Shown piece by piece: positions 48,028 through 60,570 of a DNA stretch of 64,000 nt. The stretch comes from Glaucostegus cemiculus (Eukaryota): NCBI GenBank assembly GCA_976551045.1, contig CDPCPM010000180.1:1054001-1118000 (forward strand). The letters run 5' to 3'. Every line of letters starts with the position of its first letter. The stretch's first letter is position 1. The position numbers and the translations under genes were made by a program. Under the pieces are notes generated by a model. The model worked only from the letters and a program-made list of their open reading frames with translations, had not been told where the DNA came from and did no database searches.

Positions 48028-48311
48028 GGTTCATTCCTAATGGCACACTTGTGCAACATTTAACAGTGATATGAGTTTGAAGATCGCACAGTACCAGTTA
48101 ACTGCCGACAAATTAGCTGTTTAGTTTAGATGACTGGTGTGCAAGTGAGAAATTCACTTTCTCTGATTTAGTTGTTGGCTGATTGTGTTTTGCTTCACTG
48201 TATATAACTGAAGGAAAGTGTCTCCAATCTCGCCTGGCCATATAATATCATTAAGCGTAAAATGGTAAGAAAAGGTCAAAGTGAAATCAGGATGTTATTT
48301 AACAACATTTG

Positions 48312-48775
48312 GCAATGACACTTGAGACGGTGCAGAAAAGATTCAGTGAAATGATGCAAAGGCTGAGAAACTCAGTGATGTGATAGATTGGAGAAGGTTG
48401 AACTGTTCTGCTTAGAATAGAAGAAATTGAAGTGTGGCTTCCAGAAGATTCCAAGTCATCAAGAGTCCGGACAGAGTGAATAAAGAGAAACTGTTTCTGT
48501 TGCCGGAAGGACTGGGAAGCAAAGGGCACAGACTTAAGGTGACTGGGGAAAAAAATCAGGAGTACCTTCAGGAAAAGTTTTCAGTGGAAGGCATGGTCAT
48601 GACCTGGAACTCACTGCCGGAAAAGGCGGCAAAACCAACACTTGTAAAAGATATTAGACATACAGTTGAGAGAGAAAGTTGGAGGGTCAAGGGAAAGAGC
48701 TGAGGGAGGTGATTGACTCAACTGCTCTTGCAAAGAGAGGTGAGACATCATGGCTGTCTTCAGTGCTGTAATCAT
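48312..48775 (+). mobile_element. Old CR1 LINE 3' portion
   Basis: LETVQKRF..; ORF 48434..48703: DRVNKEKLFLL..SKGHRLKV..WNSLPE. Confidence 0.75.
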
Positions 48776-48784
48776 TCTTAAAAC

Positions 48785-49014
48785 TTTAGTTACAGCACGG
48801 TAACAGGCCCTTCCGGCCCAAGGAGTCTGCACTGCCCATTTAAACCCATGTTAACCTACCCGTACGTCTTTGGAATGTGGGAGGAAACCGGAGCACCCAG
48901 AGGAAATCCATGCAAACGCGGGGAGAACATAAACTCCTTACAGACAGTGGCCAGAATTGAACCCGGGTCGCTGGCGCTGTAATAGCGTTACACTAACCGC
49001 TACACTACTGTGCC
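48785..49014 (-). mobile_element. V-domain SINE with CR1-like tail
   Basis: Full head (A and B boxes), V core, tail TGGGCCGGAAGGGCCTGTTACCGTGCTGTA on the minus strand. Confidence 0.9.
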
Positions 49015-49511
49015 AGTCCTACTAGTATTGTGCATTGTTCTTTGCCTTCAGTGTCCCTTTAATGTGACAGCTTTAGTACATATCAATTTTTATTGATTGG
49101 AGATAGATTTTCCAAATGGAAGGATATTGATATTGATACTTACCTTTTATCACATATGTCACACTAACTGTTATGCTACTATGCTACCCCTACACTTTCT
49201 TACAGTTGACATAAGGCCTCCTCACTGTCAGCTTCTCCTGCTCTGCTCACCGGTATATTCCAAATTAACTAAGTAAAATCTGAAGTCCAAAAAGTGCACT
49301 TAGCTGTGAAGAAGTGACGCACTGAACCTCCTCCTCTTGAGGCAGGAGCACAGGACGAGCAAAGCAAGGCCTTCCAATCTGAGGGCTCATTCCTGTGACT
49401 TCCTGGAAACTGCAGCACAGCCACAGCACCTTGCTCCAGACAGTAAGACAGAATGAAGTGCCTGGAAGATAATTCTTAATTCTATGTTATGTTTCTGTTA
49501 TTTAGTCAGTT

Positions 49512-49787
49512 CACAGTAGTGTAGCGGTTAGTGTAACACTATTACAGCGCCAGCGACCCAGGTTCAATTCCAGCCACTGTCTGTAAGAGTTTGTACGTTC
49601 TCCCCGTGCCTGCGTGGGTTTCCTCCGGGTGCTCTGGTTTTCTGCCATGATCCAAAGACGTACGGGTTAGGAAGTTGTGGGCGTGCTATGTTGGCGCCAG
49701 AAGTGTGGTGACACTTGCGGGCTGCCCCCCAGAACACTCTACACAAAAGATGCAGTTCACTGTGACTAATTAAGTTGTCTTGTCTTG
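49512..49787 (+). mobile_element. V-domain SINE with Rex1-like tail
   Basis: TAGTGTAGCGG / GGTTCAATTCC boxes, V core, tail with a short deletion and (TGTCT)n end. Confidence 0.9.
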
Positions 49788-50961
49788 TACTTTACTTCAG
49801 CAATGATTTGAAAAAAAATTACTGCCTTATTAATTTTGACCAAATGTGAAAGCTATCAGTGGGGGGAAAGCCAATTAGGAAAGTGACTTTGGGACTTCTG
49901 TGGAGTTAAGAAGCACACTGCTCTTTCTACTGACTTCATGCTTAGTTATTTATTTATAAAGATTTACCTCCTTGGTTGCAGCCTCCAGGAACCCCTTTAT
50001 TATTGCGGGTTAGGCTGCATGGTGAACTGATGCAGTCAGTCTGAATCCAGCGGGATGCCAGATGTATGCACATTTGGAACTGGGGCCTCAAACAACCATC
50101 AGGCAGCAATTTACATGTGTAGAAAGCCTAACTCCTGCTTTGCCTCAGCAACATTTGCCACCAAGGAGAGAAAGTGGTAATGTGGTGTTGAGGCAGAGGA
50201 GAACTATAACTGCATTCAGTGGGAGAGCAAGCTTGAAGGGTTAAATGTCCTACTCGTACTCCTGCTCCTCTGTTTCCATATGGGAGGTGCCACACTTCTT
50301 TCTGCAGAGCAGATACAGTACCAATGTGCTTATCATTGACTCTAATGCAGTTATGGAGGGATATCACAATTTTTAAAAGATCATTTTTTTACAAATTAGC
50401 TAGAATAATCATCAACTTTTTAATAATAGTTAATGGTATGGCCCTATCGTATTCTTTGTAGTCCTAATCGTCCTTTGTAGATAAAAAGTAAATACATGTT
50501 AAACAGAAATTGGCGTTTCTCCTTGTCCCTCAAATTTACTACTGCTTTATACTTTCTCTTTCTGTTTGTCCACGTTATTTGCTATGCTTTTCAAAACTTC
50601 CAACATTTCACCCCACTTCATATTTCTGCTTTCATGCAAGTCTCCCCTCCTGCACCCTCTTTTTACCAGGTTTTTCCATTGCCCTGTCACTCTTAAGTTC
50701 TTACTGACTTACTCTATTACTGACCACAGCAGGTGGGGACGTGCCTGCTGAAGTACAAATGGGATCTGGTAGTGAGAGCACTGAGGGCCGCTGCTCTTTT
50801 CATCAGTCACAAGAATCCATGGGCTACTCCTGAGCTGCAGTAGAGTCAAAGGAATCAATTAGACAAGCAGCAGCCTGTTAGGATTTTGGATTTCTGGAGC
50901 TAAGTAGTCCTGAAGGAACCTTGATGCTTAGTAATCTGATGCAATGAACAGATTAGTGATC

Positions 50962-51683
50962 GGAGGTTGAGACGTTTAGGTTCCTGGGAGTGAACATCAC
51001 CAACAGCCTGTCCTGGTCAAATCATGTAGATGCCACAGCTAAGAAAGCTCACCAGTGCCTCTACATCCTCTGGAGGCTAAAGAAATTCAGTTTGTCCCCT
51101 TTGACACTCACCACCTTTTATCGATGCACCATAGAAAGCATCCTATGGATGCATCACGGCTTGGTACGGCAACTGCTCTGCCCAGGGCCGTAAGAAAATG
51201 CAGAGAGTTGTGGTCACAGCCCAACACATCACAGACACCAGCCTCTCCTCCTTAGACTCTGTCTTTACCTCTTGCTGCCTTGGTGAAGCAGCCGGCATAA
51301 TCAAAGACCTCACCCACCAGGGTAATTCTCTCTTCGCTCCTCTTCCATCAGGTAGAAGATACAGGAGCCTGAGGGCACATACCACCAGACTTAAGGACAG
51401 CTTCTACCCCACTGTGATAAGACTATTGAACGGTTCCCTTATATGATGAGATGGATTATGACCTCATAATTTACCTTACTGTGACCTTGCACCTTATTGC
51501 ACTGCACTTTCTCTGTAGCTGTGACATTTTACTCTGTACTGTTATTGTTTTTACCTGTACTACATCAACACACTCTGTACTAACCCAATGTAACTACACT
51601 AATGAATTGAGCTGTAAGATCAGTATGCAAGACACGTTTTTTCACTGTACCTTGGTAAAAATGACAATAATATACCAATACCA
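50962..51683 (+). mobile_element. Rex1/Babar-type LINE 3' portion
   Basis: ORFs 50990..51193 and 51198..51446: FLGVNITNSLSWSNH..KKAHQCLY..YRCTIESIL..LPSGRRYRSLRAHTTRLKDSFYP; (CCAATA)n tail. Confidence 0.9.
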
Positions 51684-52088
51684 TTGAACCAGGAGATGAC
51701 TAGAAATGCCTTTCTCCACAGCTTGGTAGACATCAAACTGAAGCATTAGCGTAGTTCTTTTCTCCATGGATACTGCCTGACTCCTGCTCATTACTTCTAG
51801 CATTTCTGTTTTATATCGGATCTGCAGTATTTTGCATTTGTACATCAGTGGATGATATTATAGGCAATCTACCCTGTAACTATATCCAACCAAAACCAAT
51901 ACTGAAAAGCAGTGATGTAATATTTTGATGACACTGGTAAGCTAACATTCAGATAATTTGTCTCCTGAATTCTTTCAGCCTTAATATCATAATTTGAATG
52001 AGGGATGATGTCATTTGATTTTGTAGTCCATCTTGAATCCTAGGTCAAAAGCAGAGAAAAAAAAAAATTCTTTAGACTGGTCTTGCCA

Positions 52089-52490
52089 AGAACATAGAAC
52101 AGTACACCACAATACAGGCCCTTTGGCCCACAATGCTGTGGCAACCTTTAAATCTCACCTAAGACTATCTAGCCCCTTCCTGCCACATATCCCTCATCTC
52201 CCTCTATGTTAAATTCCTCCATATGCTTACCTAGCAATCTCATGAATTTGACCAAAGTACCTGCCTCCACCACCGCCCCAGGCAGCGCATTCCATGCCCC
52301 AACCACTCTCTGGGTGAAAAGACCTCCCTCTGATATCTCCCATGAACTTCCCACCCATTACTTTAAAGTCATGCCCACTTGTATTGCGCATTAGTGCCCT
52401 GGGAAAGAGGCGGTGGCAGTCCACTCTATCTATTCTTCTTAATATTTTGTAATACTCTATCATGTCTCCTCTCATCCTCCTTCTCTCCAG
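52089..52490 (-). mobile_element. CR1 LINE 3' end
   Basis: ORFs 52227..52475 and 52169..52354(-): RGDMIEYYKILRRIDRV..FTQRVVGAWNALP; AGAACATAGAAC tail. Confidence 0.9.
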
Positions 52491-55400
52491 CTTTCCTTTC
52501 TTATGCTTCAGTTTCTTATGCTTCTTCAGGTATCAGATAATATTCCATATCACCGCTGTTGCTCTCCTCTCTTCACCCACTTTTCTTCTTCAGCTGCATT
52601 CTCCTCTCCCACACAAAACGAGGACATATTTTTTGCAAAGCGATCTCCCTGATTGAGAACCTGTGTACCTACAACTGCACGATTTGGATTCATTATTATA
52701 GCAGCTGAGAAAGGAAATTTTTGCAACAGATTATAGATTATGGGCCCAACTTTTCTGATTGGTATTCTAAGCACAATGTTGTCCTTGCAGCAAATGTTAG
52801 CAGAGAACTTGTTTGCCCGCAGCTCCTCATTTTCCATCGGTTAATTTAATTTAAATGGATGTGAGCTCAGCCACTGTAGGCGTCTGCAATACCAACTAGT
52901 GCTCCCCATGAGAGCTGTTTCATGCCAGACGTGCCCAATTAAAGAATTAATTCATATATATTGATTCCAAAAACTTTAGAAAATGTTGATAGAAGTGTAT
53001 ATTATGTACTGGTCCAAATTAGAATTACAGGAACATGCCCATTATTTAACTTGACTATAACTGCCCACAAAATATTTGTAGATTCCACAGAGCAAACCTC
53101 CTCTTTTCCAATGACAGCTTGAACTCATTGCCTTTTTTGGGGGGAGCTGTGGCATGGATGACCTAGGGAAGAAGGAGGGAGATTAATCTGTGAATCAGAT
53201 CAAAGGATCCCTCAGGAAGAATAAAGCATGAAATATAAATGATATTTAAGTTATTTGCACAGAAGCTAAAGTAAAGATTGGGACATCTGTGTAGTATTAA
53301 AGGAGAAAATTAAATTAAAATATATAAATACTTAAATCTTTATTGTCTTCATCCAGAGAATAAGATCCCAAACATAAAATAAAATTTTCAGGCTCAGAGA
53401 GGTGATTCAACAATGATTATCATTTTCAATATTGTTGAGTGAATGAGGCTTCAGATTTTCATCAGTCTTATGCGTGATTACAGAAGGTAATTAATATGTT
53501 CACAACCATGCAGCCTGCAGAAGAGCAACAATCTCTGGATGTCCACATTTAATTGTGGATGTCAGAAGTTGCTATCAGTTTTACTAAGTAATAACTTTAT
53601 TATAATGTCAGCAAACTCTGAGATGTAGTTACTTGCTGTGCCATTATTACTGGCAGAAGTCTCAGCTTAGTCTACATTAGGAAGCCAGTTCTTCTCTCTT
53701 CCCTTCCTAGCATGGAGTGCATTGTAGGAAATTAGAGGCACATAGCTCATGCTTTCTTATTCCATTTGTGAAAAGTCATAGGCTGTACACTCTTGACCTT
53801 CTATGACGTGCCCCTTGCAAGCAATAACACCCCACTGGAAGTGTAGAGTTGATCTTTTATGTTACACATAATCACGATAAGTGAACTTATTCCAATAGAT
53901 TTTAGTTTGTTCTTCCAAAAAGAACACCTTCTACATTGCTCTGCAATACTTCGAACGCATCCAGAACTTTAATTAAGCTCTGTCTGAAGAAGTTCTTCCT
54001 TTTCCTACTCTAGATTGCCCCCTCATCAATCCTTGTTTTATCCTTGTCTTAATATCTTGGTTTACTTGAAAGCAATGATTTGGGTTTCCCTTACTTAAAC
54101 AATTTAATATATTATTGTTTGACTTTTCTCAGCCGCATCCTTTTGACTGTACAGTATTAGCATGGCGTCTTCTGCCTTACACTCTGCTGACCCAGCACTG
54201 TAATTCAGTGTTGTTTATTGCTTCTGCACAGCCATTTGACATTTTAAGTGCCAAATTTACCGTCACCCCATATCCCTTTCTGCTTCACCTTTAATTATCG
54301 CTAAGCAAACGTGGTATACTCATGACCTTACAATGTGAAGCACCTTGTATTTGTCCATATTTTATTTTATATGTTCCTGTTCTATCCATTTATGGATGTT
54401 TCTTAATCCTTTTTTTAAATTCCTTGGCAGCTGCAACTCCCTCACCTTCTTTTTCTGCCCTAATTTAGAGCACTTCTGCTCCATTTTTGTCATGTTGACT
54501 CGTATTTCTGATGAGAGAAGCATTTTTGACTTTCAATTTTGCTGGATTTTCCCAGGAATGTATTTCCATATTTGCCCTTGAAGTCCAGTTTGACCCTTTT
54601 CAATCTTGAAATCTTTTTTTTTTATCAGGAGGATTTTGTTTTTGATTGGGAATTTATGCCCTTTTGCTGTAACCCAATGGACTTTATTAAGGTTCAATCA
54701 GTCTTTTCTCATGGGAATGCATTGCTTCACTCAAATACGGAGCTCACATTGATGGCATGCTTATAAACAGTTTGTATGCGGTGCAGGTTTAACTGTATGC
54801 AACTCCGAATAAGACTATTTTTTAATGAAAGGTCAAGCAGGTCATTTCTGCATTACTGGGTTGTTTAATGTTCCATTGGATACTTTTCATTACCATCAGC
54901 AGTAAATTAACATGCAAAAGAAGCAAAAATTGGCATTTTAATGGTTGGTTGGTATCTGCTCAAAATCACCCTGCATTTACTATTGAGAGATGGTTTGAAC
55001 AGCTGCAGATAGGATGATCCCTCTGCAGATACATTTAGCTAGTTATTGTACAATAAATACTGGAGAGCCACATGAGTCCAAGTTGTGTTTTCTGGATTTC
55101 ATCCCAGTCAGGGCTCTTGCATCTTTTTTGCCTTGCTTAATTTTCAACTGGAAATGCTTAGAGCTAATCTAATGAATAATTTTTTAAATATTGCACTAAA
55201 TAAGTTTTAAATTTCAGTTAGGGATTGTTTAGAGAACAAAACTTTGTTTCATTCCTTCAGTAATTTTAGATCACATTATTTGTTGTGCATGTATTTACTT
55301 TTGTTGGTGACGTTCATTATTGCTCGTCAGGTTATAGTTTTTGTTTGAGCTACATTCTGCTTTCTCTCCTTTAGACGGGCAAGAGTTAGAGGAATGATAA

Positions 55401-56094
55401 TGCCACAAAACTAGAGCTTCCATAAAAGTTATATTGTACTCGTGTGACCGTAAAATTAGAATGATGTGCTGAATTAGTTGGTGCTGCACAATGCTATATA
55501 ACAATATTCTTTCACCCGGATCACTGCTGTTTCCTTGTATCTTGGGAAGGTTTTCACAGTAAGGCTGAAGCAATCCACTTCAAGTTGTGAGAACATCTGC
55601 AAAGATGTACCTGCACTTTATCTCGTTAATTTATGTAATATATGCCTCCAGATAGCATTTTCCAGGTGGGACTAAAATTCTGTTCCTTTTCAGCAAGGAA
55701 TTGTAAAAATAAATAAATCCTAGATGTTTTTATAATCCTTCAGAGTGAATATTATCATGTCTTGATCCTTGCAGTATTCCTGCTTATCAATAGCTTTGAA
55801 ACCTGCTTGCATTAAAACAGGGTGGGAAGCAGAACATAGGCAGGTAGTTTCTCCCACAGTTTTCCTCTTAGTTCAGCCCAAACCCATACCGGTGGACAAA
55901 ACCAGTCAAAACTCAGAACGGCACTCTCACACTGTACTCTTTAAAAACTTTGTTAAAAGCTGACCAAATGCCAGAAATAAAATAATATAACTACAAGCAC
56001 GACTAATAATGTGACATAAAATTACTGAAGGAATGAAGCAAAACATGACAAATTAACAACCTCTATTATCAATCTAAATCATTATGTATGATAT

Positions 56095-56220
56095 TTATTT
56101 ACCCTGTACTACCTCAACGCACTGTGTAATGAATTGATCTGTACGAACGGTATGCAAGACAAGTTTTTCACTGTACCTCGATGTAAGTGACAATAATAAA
56201 CCAATGCCAATACCAATACC
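56095..56220 (+). mobile_element. Rex1-type LINE extreme 3' end
   Basis: GTATGCAAGACAAGTTTTTCACTGTACCTCG..GTGACAATAATAAA(CCAATA)n. Confidence 0.85.
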
Positions 56221-57135
56221 TTGTCAGTTCTGATTGCCAGCTATCCTCTAATTCTGTACATTGCTCATTCTTTAATTCTAGACGATTTCAGGTATAATTC
56301 AGGAGGTGGTGCAGTTATATCAACAGCTACTGGCAAGTTGATCCCCCAAATCTGAGCTTTGCTTACTATCCAAACCAAAATATCACACCCGTGACAATCT
56401 GACTGAAGCAATCTTCCTTTTTGATTGTACCATCTCCATCCAATTTTCCTGTTGAAAGACTGCAAATTGTCCGATAAAGGAATGTTTGATATCCATTCAT
56501 TAGCACAACAAAGGTTCCTTGATGGAGGAAAAGGTCTGAGTTTATCTGCATTCTAAAGGTTGTTAGTGAATTTTCCCCCAAGTTGGTTACACTAACAAAT
56601 ACCTTTTGAGGATAGACCCAGCCTCACCGACGTCATCTCGTAACTTTTGGTGACATTATCAGATAGCAGGAGACCAGAAGAAAACCTTGCATTTGTATAA
56701 GCAAATACTTCAAGATTTCTTTCCAGCTTACAATCTGTTTAAAAAGTACTCGCACTGGGTTCTTGCAGCAACCTGGGATCGGAACTCTGGTCAACTTCTA
56801 GTCAATTTTGGTTCACCATGAGCTGGGCATTCTTGCTGAAGGTATATATGTGTAAAATATCAGTTTGGTTTATTCACATGCTAAAATCATATTTACATAA
56901 TTCCTGATATTCCATGGCTCATATTTTTTAAAAGACCTAACTCTCTTTTAAAGAAAGTAAAGCATTGTAAAAAGGCTGTAGAATATTCTGTTTTCATTAC
57001 ACCGTGCCTTTACAAGAAAGAAATCGTTTCCTTTATATAACACTCTATTATGTCGCTCAGATATGCATCAACTACAATGGAATATTTTAAAAAGCATTAT
57101 GATGTTTCAGGCACACCAAGGCACCAGATTGTTGC

Positions 57136-57460
57136 ATGACCAGAGGACACAACCTTAAAATTAGAGGGTGCAGGTTTAAAACAGAGATGAGGAGAAATTT
57201 CTTTAGCCAGACGGTGGTGAATTTATGGAATTCCTTGCCACAGAAAGCAGTGAAGGTCAGATCATTGGAGATATTCAAGAAGGAGATAGATAGATATCTA
57301 ATTGGTCAAGGTATCAAGGGATATGGAGATAAAGCTGGAATTTGGGGTTAGAATAAGTCCCCCCCCCCCTTTTCCCCTACCCCCTTCCCTTTGGAGCAGA
57401 CTTAACAGGCCGAGTGGCCTACTTCTGCCTCCTTGTCTTGTGATCTTGTGATTCTTTGTA
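57136..57460 (+). mobile_element. CR1 LINE 3' end
   Basis: ORF 57136..57351: TRGHNLKIRG..RRNFFSQTVVNLWNSLPQ..FKKEIDRYL; GGCCGAGTGGCCTACTTCTG. Confidence 0.9.
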
Positions 57461-57509
57461 GTCATGTAACCCTGCAATAGTGTGGCACCATCGCTTTCAA
57501 GAGATGCCA

Positions 57510-58113
57510 AAGTGTTTAACTTCTGGTAAACCCCCCCCCCCACTCCTTTGTCTTCCCTTATTCCTGTGGCTCCCTTCCCCTGCCTCGATGACCTGCCCAT
57601 CTCCTCTCCTTCCCTCCCTCCATCCTTTATTCCATGCTCCATTGTCCACTCCTACCAGACTCATTCTTCTTCAGCCCTTTGCCTCTTCTACCTATCACCT
57701 CTCAGCTTATTACATCTCCCCCACTCCTCCTCCACTCACCTACCATCCCCCTCTCACCTGTCCCCTGCCTGCGTGTGCTCCTCCCCCTCTCCCCACCTTC
57801 TTATTCCGGCTTCTGCCCTCTTCCTTTCCAGTCCTGATGAAGGGTCTCAGCCCAAAATATCGACTGTTTATTTCCCTCTGTAGTTGCTGCCTGACCTGCT
57901 GAGTTCTTCCAGCACTTTTTGTGTGCTAACATAGAACATAGAACAGTACAGCACAGAACAGGCCCTTCGGCCCACAAAATTGTGCCGATATAGCTATTCC
58001 CTCCTACCTATGGAATGCCCATATCCCTCTATTTTCCTCTCATTCATGTGTTCATCCAAGCCCCTCTTAACAGCCCCCAGATTCAGATTTCAGCATCAGC
58101 AGAATTTCTTGTG
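57510..58113 (+). mobile_element. Penelope-like terminal repeat segment with a CR1 3' tip (57928-58078, minus) inserted near its end
   Basis: Matches 40404-40866; the PLE end resumes at about 58080 (AGATTTCAGCATCAGCAGAATTTCTTGTG) after AACATAGAACATAGAACAGTACAGCACAG. Confidence 0.85.
57829..57866 (+). ncRNA. Decayed minimal type-I hammerhead ribozyme motif
   Basis: CAGTC-CTGATGA-AGGG-TCTCAG-CCC-AAAA-TAT-C-GACTG: perfect stem I and CUGAUGA; GAAAC changed to AAAAT at inferred CpG sites. Confidence 0.55.
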
Positions 58114-58114
58114 G

Positions 58115-58385
58115 CACAGTCGACAAGGTATTTTGAATTGTAGTCATGTTGAAACATTTGGCACATGTGGCTGTCAATGTAAGCATATTAAGGCTGCATA
58201 AACAACAAATGGATAGTAACCAGTTAATCTGTTTTTGATGATGATGTTTGAGGATTACGTGTTGGCCAGAGAACTCAGAGACTCGCTTGTCCTTCTTCAA
58301 ACGGTGGCCAGGAATGTTTTTCATTTATTTCAGAGAACAGATGGGATGGTTTAATGTCTCATTTGTAAGTCATCCATTTGCCTAG
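58115..58385 (-). mobile_element. Ancient DeuSINE-like remnant
   Basis: TTTTGAATTGTAGTCA..TGTTGGCCAG..CTTCTTCAAA..GGTTTAATGTCTCAT resembles the reverse of the Deu core and tail. Confidence 0.55.
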
Positions 58386-59031
58386 CATTCCTCATCTATG
58401 GAAATCTAATTACACTGAAGCTTCTGAGGCTCTCTTCCCGGTGCAGAACTTTACTCGATGAGATTCGTGGAGATCTTGATCGTGAATTTATCATGTTAAG
58501 AAAATATAGCAACCTGATCATTGAAGGATTCCTTGATTTATGATTTTTTTAGTTTTAAGCAGCACCTTAACCCATCAGGTGCGGCCAAGTAAGTATTATA
58601 ATCCAGTCAACTCTGCACGCAATTTTCACCACACTGCAATAAAGTTAAGCAATCATTTTTGAGGACTCCACACTGTCATGAATTTTAGCAATCAGCTTTG
58701 AAAAATATACTTCAATGTAAAAATTAAGCTGTCAAAAAATGCATGTTTTTAAAAATCTTCCATCTATTTTTGATTTTAAATCAATATAATCAGAGAGTTG
58801 GAATTTTACTCCTCCAGAGCCACTTGACTGCTGGTTTCACCCATCAACCAGAGACCATTTTGTGGTTTCACCATATCCAGTCATTTCCCCTGCACTGAGG
58901 GACTTCCAGCAAGTGACCAGGCTGGGATTTGGAACTCATCATGGACAGGACAGATGAGAGCTTTGCATCTGTAATTTGATTTTCTGAAAAATCTAGCATA
59001 GTCTGATAGGACAGTCAGCATGGTGTGAAGT

Positions 59032-59277
59032 TAAGATAAAATAAGATTTCTTTATTAGTCACATGTACATTGAAACACACAATGAAATGCATCTTCTTGC
59101 GCAGTGCTCTGGGGGCAGCCTGCAAGTGTCGCTTCACTTCCAGCGCCAACATAGCATGCCCACAACTTCCTAACCCTACGTCTTTGGAATGTGGGAGGAG
59201 ACCGGAGCACCCAAAGAAAATCCACACAGATACAGGGAGAATGTACAAACTCCTTATGGACAGTGGCAGGTTCAAAC
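59032..59277 (-). mobile_element. V-domain SINE with Rex1-like tail, head truncated
   Basis: Reverse complement of the 62337-62624 type, ending at the B box. Confidence 0.88.
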
Positions 59278-59694
59278 TGTTTGGTTGGTTAGAATATAGA
59301 ATCTGCAATGTCACCCAGAATGTTTGCAGGCTTAATTATGAAAAATAGATAATGACACACAGGTTAATTCTCATTGTCCACTTGGAGTGGTGCTGAAACA
59401 AATTGTTGGAGCATAATACACCAAGTTTTACACTGCACCTATTTGCACTACATCAAGGAGTCCTGTTATAAGAGACTTCAAATGTTCTCTTTCCCAGAAC
59501 GAACACTATTAGCTTTATTACCACAATTTCATTCATTCTTTTAAAACTATGAAATAACTACTGCAAGATTTGCACTTGGTACTCAAATAGGCACCATGGC
59601 TGCTGATTTGTTTTCAGTAAGATCAACATGAGCACATTTGTGGAAGGAATGATATGTTGGCAAGTCATAGTAAGGTGTAGAAATAATAGGATTA

Positions 59695-60568
59695 TAGCCT
59701 ACTCCGGTCCCATTCTTCAACTCTTTCTCCGTTATATCGACGACTGCATTGGTGCCACCTCTCGTACCTGTGCAGAACTCGACAGTTTCATAAATTTCGC
59801 CACTAATTTTCATCCTGCTCTCCAGTTCACTTGGACTATCTCTGATGCCTCTCTCTCCTTCCTTGATCTTTCCGTCTCCATCTCAGGAGATTCCTTACCC
59901 ACAGACATCTTCTACAAACCCACTGATGCCCACAGATACCTCAATTACAGCTCCTCCCACCCTGTCTCTTTCAAGGACGTGATCCCTTTTCTCAATTTCT
60001 CTGCCTCCGCCGCATCTGCTCCCATGATGAGGCTTTCCACTCCAGGACATCCGAGATGTTCAACTTCTTTTCTAACCGGGGCTTCCCCCCGACTAGGGTC
60101 GAGAGAGCACGCACCCGTATCTCTGCCATTTCCTGCACCTCTGCTCTCACCCCCACCCCTCCCAGTCCCAACAGGGATGGGGTCCCCCTTGTCCTCACAT
60201 TTCATCCCACCAGCCTATGTATCCAACACATCATTATCCGCCACTTCTGCCATCTCCAACAGGACTTCACCACCAAGCATACCTTCCCCTCCCCACCCCT
60301 CTCTGCCTTTCGCAGGGACCACTCTCTCGTGTTCACTTCTCCCCACCCACCCATCCTACTCCCAACCTGGGAACTTTCCACTGCATCCGCCATAGGTGCA
60401 ACACCTGCCCCTACACCACCTCTATCACCTCCATCACCTCCATCCAGCGACCCAAACAGTCCTTTCAGGTGAGGCAGAGGTTCACCAGCTCCTCCCCTAA
60501 TTTCATCTACTGCATTTGGTGCTCCAAATGTAGCCTCCTTTACGTTGGTGAGACCAAACGCAGACTAG
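59695..60568 (+). mobile_element. Penelope-like element RT C-terminal half, linker and start of the GIY-YIG endonuclease (frameshifted)
   Basis: ORFs 59628.., 60056.. and 60217..: FLRYIDDC..HPALQFT..FLDL..YKPTD..YSSSHP; RGFP; CxxxxCNTC; IYCIWCSKCSLLYVGETKRRL. Confidence 0.93.
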
Positions 60569-60570
60569 AA

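Noticed and set aside
53900-54760. T-rich block possibly from an old LINE endonuclease-RT linker on the minus strand
   Set aside because: I could not recover convincing protein motifs by eye
59628-60395. Longest ORF (255 aa) as a host gene
   Set aside because: It is a Penelope RT fragment entered from unrelated upstream sequence and it frameshifts after VIPF
41951-60568. PLE pieces 59695-60568 and 41951-42605 end and start at the same YVGETK motif, as if one element had been split
   Set aside because: They are in the wrong order, 17 kb apart, and differ within the overlap; independent truncations are simpler
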